Program-made: the position numbers and the translations under genes
Shown: in pieces, positions 57,948 to 64,000 of the stretch
Position numbering within the stretch: position 1 is the first letter of the stretch
Layout: each line of letters begins with the position of its first letter
Notes under the pieces: model-generated
What the model was told of the DNA's origin: nothing
The model's database searches: none
What the model saw: the letters and a program-made list of their open reading frames with translations, nothing else
DNA from: an uncultured Anaerolineaceae bacterium
Lineage (GTDB): Bacteria; Chloroflexota; Anaerolineae; Anaerolineales; UBA4823
NCBI GenBank assembly: GCA_964354345.1
Contig: CAYGZL010000032.1
Location: 31,152-95,151, forward strand
Reading direction: 5' to 3'
Length of the DNA: 64,000 nucleotides

Positions 57948-59438
57948 TCAAGGGTAAACCCTTTCTAACCAATCTAAGGGATCGACTTGAACACCACCCG
58001 CCCATACCTCCCAATGCAGATGCGGGCCTTCGACTCGTCCTGTGTTGCCTACCCTGCCAATCAACTGCCCGGCTTTTACCAGATCTCCCGGTTTCACCAT
58101 TAATTCAGACTGGTGCATGTAGCCGGTGTAAACTCCCCAACCATGATTGATCATGGTGGCGTTGCCGCGCACGGTTAACAGACCAGAGAATACCACCACG
58201 CCATCAGCAGCAGCATAGATATCGGTCCCAGACTTCCCAACAATATCCAATCCGGTATGGAAATATATATAAGAACTTCCATTATAAGATCTGCGGTTTC
58301 CATACCGGGACGACCAACAATCGTTGGTCCGCAAACAATAATCCACTGGCAACGGGGAGGGGAAAGTAAACCTGCCCGACCAAAATTTGTTGGGTGTCAT
58401 GGTTGCTGCCAAAGCAGACCATTGCTTGTCCTCAGGCTGCGTAACCGCCGGGTCTATCGTCTCCGGCTTCACGGTCAGAGGTTGATCATAGGGGTATTGC
58501 GTGGCCCTCACCAGGACAGCTTGCGAAAATTGGAACATAGAGCCATCAGGTAAAGACAAGTTCAAGCTCAAAGAATACATCCCCGGCTCAGTCATGGCAT
58601 GGATTCCTTGCATGGCAATGAGAATACCGGGGGATTCTTCATAAAAATGTAGGTTGTGGTCAATTAACGAACCAGTAATTTTTAACCCTGGCGCGCCGCT
58701 AACCCGAAAAACAACAGCTTTTCCCTGATAAAAATTTGCAAGATCCATATCAACCGAATGAACAACTGGCGGTAGACCGCCTAAAACCGGCCGTATGGCA
58801 TTACCGGGTTGATTAGAAGACAGGAATAGGATATCTCCAGTGGCTACTTTTGCTGAGTTCTCCAAACGATTGGTAAGAATTAATTGCCATGGATTCACTC
58901 GATTCACAGCAGCCAATTCTAAAAGGGACTGACCTGGCATCACCTGGAGGCGCTGGGTGTCAGTGACAACCCCCTGCTGTTCTGGGATAACCAGGGTAGA
59001 ACCAGTAAAAATTTCATCGGGGCTGGTGAGATGGTTCAGACGGACCAGTGTCTCCGGGGCTATCTGGTAACGCCTGCTCAAACTCAGCAGGGTTTCTCCA
59101 TAGGAAACCGTATCAGTCACCAAAATCCCCTCGACACCAGGCAACCCGGGGATTACCAGCTGATCACCGCTGGTTAACAAGTCCGGATTTTTGATGTTGT
59201 TTACCCGCTTCAATTCATCTAGCGAAACATTAAAGCGAGAAGCGATCCCCCACAACGAATCGCCTGGCTTGACGATATAAATGGGACCAGTTGGATTATC
59301 TTGAGCTCGGCCGGGATTTCCGCTCATGATTATTAACCAGAGCGCTAATATACTCACTGACCGGAGAAAAGCGATAATCGTCTTCCTGGAGCACATGGAA
59401 TCGAGATATAGATGGAATTGATTGCCCAGCTCTTTCAT
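57948..59438 (-). CDS. LysM-domain M23 (LytM-type) metallopeptidase
   Basis: LysM repeats (YIVKPGDSLWGIASRFNVSLDELKRVNNI; VSYGETLLSLSRRYQIAPETLVRLNHL). M23 motifs HTGLDIV, GTDIYAAADGVV, GNTGRVEGPHLHWEV. Confidence 0.9.
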   Translation of the reverse strand: MKELGNQFHLYLDSMCSRKTIIAFLRSVSILALWLIIMSGNPGRAQDNPTGPIYIVKPGDSLWGIASRFNVSLDELKRVNNIKNPDLLTSGDQLVIPGLPGVEGILVTDTVSYGETLLSLSRRYQIAPETLVRLNHLTSPDEIFTGSTLVIPEQQGVVTDTQRLQVMPGQSLLELAAVNRVNPWQLILTNRLENSAKVATGDILFLSSNQPGNAIRPVLGGLPPVVHSVDMDLANFYQGKAVVFRVSGAPGLKITGSLIDHNLHFYEESPGILIAMQGIHAMTEPGMYSLSLNLSLPDGSMFQFSQAVLVRATQYPYDQPLTVKPETIDPAVTQPEDKQWSALAATMTPNKFWSGRFTFPSPLPVDYCLRTNDCWSSRYGNRRSYNGSSYIYFHTGLDIVGKSGTDIYAAADGVVVFSGLLTVRGNATMINHGWGVYTGYMHQSELMVKPGDLVKAGQLIGRVGNTGRVEGPHLHWEVWAGGVQVDPLDWLERVYP

Positions 59439-59489
59439 TGAACCATTAGTTTACCACAGGACAGAACCCTCAAATACTGTTTTTGGCCC

Positions 59490-59518
59490 TTGCCACGCCA
59501 TGGTGGTCAAGCTATAAT
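59490..59518 (+). promoter_or_regulatory. Sigma-70-like promoter upstream of efp
   Basis: TTGCCA (59490..59495), a 17-nt spacer, then TATAAT (59513..59518). Confidence 0.6.
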
Positions 59519-59604
59519 TCCGCCCGGACTTAAACACCAGGATGGGCGATGAATGATTCATCTATTTTTGTCGTCCACCTTTTTCGATTAAAGAGAGGCA
59601 AGTT

Positions 59605-60162
59605 ATGATTGATGTGAATGATTTACGTAAGGGGGTAACCTTTGAAATAGACGGTAACCTTTATCGGGTGCTGGATTATCACCACCACAAACCAGGCCGC
59701 GGCAATGCTACGATCCGTGTAAAGACGATTAACCTGCGCAGCGGTACGAATTTGGAACAGACTTTCCAATCAGGGGATCGTGTTCAAGATGTACGCCTAG
59801 ACTATCACAATGTTCAATACCTGTACACGGATGGTGAGTTCTACCATTTTATGGATTTAGAAACCTTCGAACAGCCCGCTATCCCGGCCAGTATACTGGG
59901 AGACTCGGCCAGTTATTTGAAAGAAAGCCTGGAAGTCAAGTTAACCTTCTATCAGGGTGAACCCTTGGATGTCGAAATGCCGATGACAGTAGACTTGAAA
60001 GTAGTGCAGGCAAATGTAGCCGTGCGCGGCGATACAGCGACGGGTGTAACGAAGAAAGTCACAACAGAAACCGGATTACAAGTGACCGTTCCGAACTTTG
60101 TGGAGGTTGGCGACACGATCCGCGTTAATACCGTCACCGGCTCTTACGTTACCCGGGCCTGA
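59605..60162 (+). CDS. efp: Elongation factor P
   Basis: MIDVNDLRKGVTFEIDGNLYRVLDYHHHKPGRGNATIRVK... Confidence 0.96.
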   Translation: MIDVNDLRKGVTFEIDGNLYRVLDYHHHKPGRGNATIRVKTINLRSGTNLEQTFQSGDRVQDVRLDYHNVQYLYTDGEFYHFMDLETFEQPAIPASILGDSASYLKESLEVKLTFYQGEPLDVEMPMTVDLKVVQANVAVRGDTATGVTKKVTTETGLQVTVPNFVEVGDTIRVNTVTGSYVTRA

Positions 60163-60172
60163 TATAACGATT

Positions 60173-60508
60173 ATGCGCACCCCGGCTGGGAAAGAATGCA
60201 GCTTTTTTTATGGGGATTACTATCGGGGCCGCAGCCATGAGGAGTGTCGGCTGCTGGCCTCGGCAGTTACCCCCCTTCCATGGCAACGGGATTTATGCTC
60301 TACCTGCCCAGTTCCTGACATCCTTGCAGATAACGCCTGCGAAAACCTGGTATTGCATCCTGGCCTGATCCGCCCTTTCCCCTTTTTAAAACGCCAGGTA
60401 CAAGTTCACGCCTACTGCACAAAAACTCACCGCCAGGATTTTGATCCCCACATCGGTTGTGGGGAATGCCATCCTTTACCTCCGATATTCGCCAAAGATC
60501 GCACGTGA
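60173..60508 (+). CDS. Cys-rich small protein (111 aa), unknown function
   Basis: MRTPAGKECSFFYGDYYRGRSHEECRLL...CSTCP...CGECHP: eight Cys including two CxxC pairs. I trimmed ORF 60098 to ATG 60173 because the upstream part overlaps efp. Confidence 0.55.
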   Translation: MRTPAGKECSFFYGDYYRGRSHEECRLLASAVTPLPWQRDLCSTCPVPDILADNACENLVLHPGLIRPFPFLKRQVQVHAYCTKTHRQDFDPHIGCGECHPLPPIFAKDRT

Positions 60509-60594
60509 AACGGAACCGTTGTTTTGGTGTTATCTATTCATGTTCCATTGTCAGTCGTTAATATGACAATTAGTAAAGGCGTTTGGAGGTAAGC

Positions 60595-61833
60595 ATGCGG
60601 AAAAGGGTTGTTATTACGGGTCTGGGATGCATCAGCCCTTTAGGGAATGATGTAACTACTTTATGGAGTAATCTTCTTCATTGCAAATCAGGGATTGATA
60701 ATATAACCCATTACGATACGACGGAATTCAAGACAAAATTTGCAGCGGAAGTGAAAGGTTTTGATGGCGTAACTCTTTTTGGTAGCCGGGAGGCCCGCCG
60801 GATGGATCGTTACACCCAATTTGCTATGGCGGCTGCCCTCCAGGCTGTTCAACACGCGGACCTGAAGATCAATGAAGCCAACCGCGACCGGATTGGAGTG
60901 GTAATTGGTTCAGGTATCGGTGGGATTGGTACTCTATTCGAGCAAACCCAAGTGTTTATGGAACGCGGCTCCCAGAGAGTCAGTCCTTTTATGGTGCCGA
61001 TGATGTTAGCTGACTCATGCCCTGGTATGGTAGCTATCTACCTGGGGGTGCGAGGACCGAATATGGCGGTAGTAACTGCCTGCGCATCCGGAACTAATGC
61101 AATCGGTGAAGCCTCCGAGATAATCCGGCGGGGCCAAGCCGATGCAATCCTGGCGGGCGGCAGTGAAGCAGCTATCATCCCAATTGCCATGGCTGGCATG
61201 GGCGTCATGAATGCCCTTTCGACTCGCAACGAGGATCCCCAGCGCGCTTCTCGACCGTTTGATTTACACCGAGATGGGTTTGTAATGGGCGAAGGGGCAG
61301 CCATCCTGGTTCTGGAATCACTGGAATATGCCCAAACGCGGCAAGCCCTCATTCTGGCTGAGCTTACCGGCTACGGATCTAGCAATGACGCCTATCATAT
61401 CTCAGCGCCAGCTGAAAATGGCGCTGGAGCAGTCCTATGCATCCGTGCCGCGCTGGATCATGCTGGTCTATCTCCTGTAGATATCAGTTACATTAACGCT
61501 CACGGCACGAGCACCCAGCTCAATGACAAAAGCGAAACCGCCGCGATAAAGACGGTTTTTGACGAACATGCCTATCAAGTTCCAATCTCGTCCACCAAAT
61601 CCATGACCGGCCATTTACTTGGGGCGGCTGGCGCGGTGGAAGCGGTAATTTGTACTAAAGTACTGGAAGAGAATATACTGCCGGCCACGATCAACTATGA
61701 AACTCCCGATCCAGCATGTGATCTCGATTATGTACCCAATACACCCCGCCCATTCTTAACCCGGCATGTGATGTCCAATTCCTTCGGCTTCGGTGGGCAC
61801 AATGCCACGATTATCCTGAGCCGTTTTCAATAA
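60595..61833 (+). CDS. fabF: 3-oxoacyl-ACP synthase II
   Basis: RVVITGLG, active site TACASG, and the HGTST and GHLLGAAG / SFGFGGHN motifs. ATG 60595 lies 5 nt after GGAGG. Confidence 0.95.
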   Translation: MRKRVVITGLGCISPLGNDVTTLWSNLLHCKSGIDNITHYDTTEFKTKFAAEVKGFDGVTLFGSREARRMDRYTQFAMAAALQAVQHADLKINEANRDRIGVVIGSGIGGIGTLFEQTQVFMERGSQRVSPFMVPMMLADSCPGMVAIYLGVRGPNMAVVTACASGTNAIGEASEIIRRGQADAILAGGSEAAIIPIAMAGMGVMNALSTRNEDPQRASRPFDLHRDGFVMGEGAAILVLESLEYAQTRQALILAELTGYGSSNDAYHISAPAENGAGAVLCIRAALDHAGLSPVDISYINAHGTSTQLNDKSETAAIKTVFDEHAYQVPISSTKSMTGHLLGAAGAVEAVICTKVLEENILPATINYETPDPACDLDYVPNTPRPFLTRHVMSNSFGFGGHNATIILSRFQ

Positions 61834-61883
61834 TTTATGGGTTTATCCAGGGATTGATCCTGGTGAAATGAAAGAGTTGTAAG

Positions 61884-63002
61884 ATGAGTCCTTTTGCTCA
61901 TATTACTGGTTGGGGTATGGCGGTTCCACAACGCGTGGTAACCAATCACGATCTGGCTGAAACCTTGGACACCAGCGACGAATGGATCCAATCCCACACT
62001 GGCATCCGTGAACGCCACATTGCTGGTAACGGCGAAACAACCGCTTCCCTGGCGACCGAAGCTGCCTTGCAAGCTTTGGAAATAGCCAAACTCAGCCCGG
62101 ATGAAATTGATTTAATAATTGTCTCAACCTCCTCACCTGAGCATATCTTTCCAGCCACCGCCTGCCTGGTTCAGGATCGCATCGGTGCCACCAAAGCCGG
62201 AGCATTCGACCTCTCAGCCGCATGCAGTGGTTTTATGTACGCCCTGACCATGGCAACGACTGCCATTCGTACTGGATCCTCCCAAAACGCTCTGGTGATC
62301 GGATCCGAAACGCTCTCCCGTCTGGTGGATTGGAAAGATCGAAATACGTGCATTCTCTTTGGAGATGGCGCAGGGGCTTTTGTTTTACAAACTGCTGATA
62401 CTCGCGCCGGTGTCCTTTCTTCAATCATGCGCTCGGATGGTTCGGGAGCCGATCTACTTTCGGTACCAGCCGGAGGTAGCTTCATTCCAACCACAATTAC
62501 CTCCGTCCAAGATGGATTGCATTACATCCAAATGAATGGCCGGGAGGTATTTCGCTTTGCCACGCGCGTAATGGTGCAGGCAACCCATGAAGCCCTGGAC
62601 CGGGCTAATTTATCTATGGATGATATTCATCTTATTATTCCTCATCAAGCCAATGCGCGCATCATTCAAGCGGCCGCACGTGGATTGAATGTCCCGATGG
62701 AACGATGTTTCGTAAACCTCGACCGCTATGGCAACACATCCACGGCTTCTATCCCAATCGCGACCTGTGAAGCTTATCAGCAAGGCTTAATCAGACCGGG
62801 TGATAAGTTGGTATTCGTTGGTTTCGGCGCCGGACTGACCTGGGGCGCGGCAGTTGTAGAATGGAGTGGTCCATTCCCCGGTATGCGGCGGGTGCTATCA
62901 CCTCGCTATCAGGTGTATGCTCGGGTACGATCCAAATTACTGCGTTGGTTGAGACGGATTGATGCCTTTATTTGGGACCGTTGGCACCGGAATAATCAAT
63001 AA
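61884..63002 (+). CDS. fabH: 3-oxoacyl-ACP synthase III with a ~45-aa basic C-terminal extension
   Basis: AACSGFMYAL (Cys), IPHQANARI (His), GNTSTASIP (Asn), FGAGLTWGAAVVEW, then the extra tail SGPFPGMRRVLSPRYQVYARVRSKLLRWLRRIDAFIWDRWHRNNQ. Confidence 0.93.
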   Translation: MSPFAHITGWGMAVPQRVVTNHDLAETLDTSDEWIQSHTGIRERHIAGNGETTASLATEAALQALEIAKLSPDEIDLIIVSTSSPEHIFPATACLVQDRIGATKAGAFDLSAACSGFMYALTMATTAIRTGSSQNALVIGSETLSRLVDWKDRNTCILFGDGAGAFVLQTADTRAGVLSSIMRSDGSGADLLSVPAGGSFIPTTITSVQDGLHYIQMNGREVFRFATRVMVQATHEALDRANLSMDDIHLIIPHQANARIIQAAARGLNVPMERCFVNLDRYGNTSTASIPIATCEAYQQGLIRPGDKLVFVGFGAGLTWGAAVVEWSGPFPGMRRVLSPRYQVYARVRSKLLRWLRRIDAFIWDRWHRNNQ

Positions 63003-63105
63003 ACGAATGCTTAAAAAAACACCCTTAAATTTGGGTAATATTTGTTAGAAAGTTGTTAGAAACTCCTGTAATCGTAGTGGGAGTCTATCTTACATAATCA
63101 GAGAT

Positions 63106-63114
63106 TGGTATAAT
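63106..63114 (+). promoter_or_regulatory. Extended -10 element upstream of ftsH
   Basis: TGGTATAAT (TGn-TATAAT) lies 41 nt before GTG 63155. Confidence 0.4.
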
Positions 63115-63154
63115 CTACTGACATATCTGCGGTTATATTGTTATTGGAGGTAAT

Positions 63155-64000
63155 GTGAATCCAACCCGCAACAGATCGTCGCTGATTTACTTGCTACTTT
63201 TTATTGCCATCATTGTGATGGTGATATACAACTTTCAGATGAGAGCTGCTGACCAGGTAGTTTATTCCTTTAACCAGGTGGCAGCTGATATCCGAGATGG
63301 CAAGGTTGAACAATTGGTGGTAGATGACACGAAATTGCAGGTAACCTACAAACCTGTCGGGAGTAGTTCTACCAAAGAGGAGAAAACCCTCAACATAGAA
63401 AATACTGCCACGCTGGTCGATCAACTAAAAGCTCTGGGGGTTACAACTGAGCAGCTCACACCGGACAAGATCAAGCTCGAAGTTCGCGCTCCCAGCCCCT
63501 GGCCGAGTATTATTACGATCTTGGGCTACATTGTTCCATTCGTGATTATGGTCGGGGTGTTCTGGTTTATATTTCGCCAGGCGCAAGGCAGCAATAATGC
63601 TGCCCTCTCCTTTGGTAAATCCCGAGCACGAATATCCACAGGCGAACAACCGACGGTAACCTTTCAGGATGTTGCCGGTGTTGACGAAGCCAAAGAAGAA
63701 CTCAGGGAAGTGGTCGAATTTTTGCGCGAACCTGAAAAATTCATCTCTTTAGGCGCACGGATTCCGAAGGGTGTTTTACTGGTTGGACCTCCCGGCACCG
63801 GTAAAACGTTGTTGGCAAAAGCCGTTTCCGGCGAAGCAGGAGTTCCGTTCTTCTCGATTTCGGGTTCAGAATTCGTTGAAATGTTCGTGGGCGTCGGTGC
63901 CAGCCGTGTCCGCGATCTATTCGAACAGGCTAAGCGTCATTCGCCTTGCATTGTCTTCGTTGATGAAATCGATGCAGTGGGTCGCCAACGTGGCGCTGGT
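63155..64000 (+). CDS. ftsH: ATP-dependent zinc metalloprotease FtsH (5' part; continues past the window)
   Basis: Not in the ORF track because of the edge. GTG follows GGAGG. Two TM segments, then [16 protein letters not shown], Walker [14 protein letters not shown] and Walker [12 protein letters not shown]. Confidence 0.93.
   Translation, partial: MNPTRNRSSLIYLLLFIAIIVMVIYNFQMRAADQVVYSFNQVAADIRDGKVEQLVVDDTKLQVTYKPVGSSSTKEEKTLNIENTATLVDQLKALGVTTEQLTPDKIKLEVRAPSPWPSIITILGYIVPFVIMVGVFWFIFRQAQGSNNAALSFGKSRARISTGEQPTVTFQDVAGVDEAKEELREVVEFLREPEKFISLGARIPKGVLLVGPPGTGKTLLAKAVSGEAGVPFFSISGSEFVEMFVGVGASRVRDLFEQAKRHSPCIVFVDEIDAVGRQRGAG

Overview
A 64-kb bacterial chromosomal segment of about 50% GC by eye. 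It is densely coded, with about 57 protein genes and one tRNA. I saw no transposase, integrase, phage gene or CRISPR array. Gene content suggests a monoderm-like or Chloroflexota/Anaerolineae-like organism, but this is unverified. The evidence is Hanks kinase/PP2C/FHA signalling, the rpmB-asp23-yloV-degV-recG-coaD synteny, a possible glmS ribozyme, and LysM-M23 and SH3b proteins.

Most of the window is housekeeping:
- 1..10473 (-): a long molybdenum-hydroxylase (xanthine dehydrogenase family) operon with unusual domain fusions and unrelated embedded genes.
- glmS; glycolate oxidase glcDEF; a ferredoxin.
- A PP2C phosphatase, two orphan response regulators, a CAX antiporter and a Ser/Thr kinase.
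- rpmB; Asp23/DAK2/DegV/recG/coaD; fdhD; a TetR plus epimerase pair.
- A CUT1-type ABC sugar importer with a duplicated MalG-type permease.
- lepB, mogA, a GNAT, lon, tRNA-Arg(TCT), efp, fabF, fabH, and the 5' part of ftsH.

Candidates for undescribed biology, ranked:
1. 12864..18503: a three-gene operon. It encodes a membrane-anchored jelly-roll-like protein, a 1238-aa multi-TM protein with a possible C-terminal Cys-His-Asp (transglutaminase-like) triad, and a zinc-ribbon/FHA protein.
2. 43212..46755: a divergent GroEL paralogue with no GroES and the hydrolytic Asp apparently replaced, coupled to a cytoplasmic Asp-box propeller.
3. 51024..52772: a PHP phosphoesterase fused to an AlbA_2/Schlafen-like domain, coupled to lon.
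4. 55477..57506: a tightly coupled pair of proteins with no recognisable family.

All family assignments come from motif recognition by eye. No database search was run. Two edge-truncated genes are missing from the ORF track: 1..1321 (-) and ftsH 63155..64000 (+).
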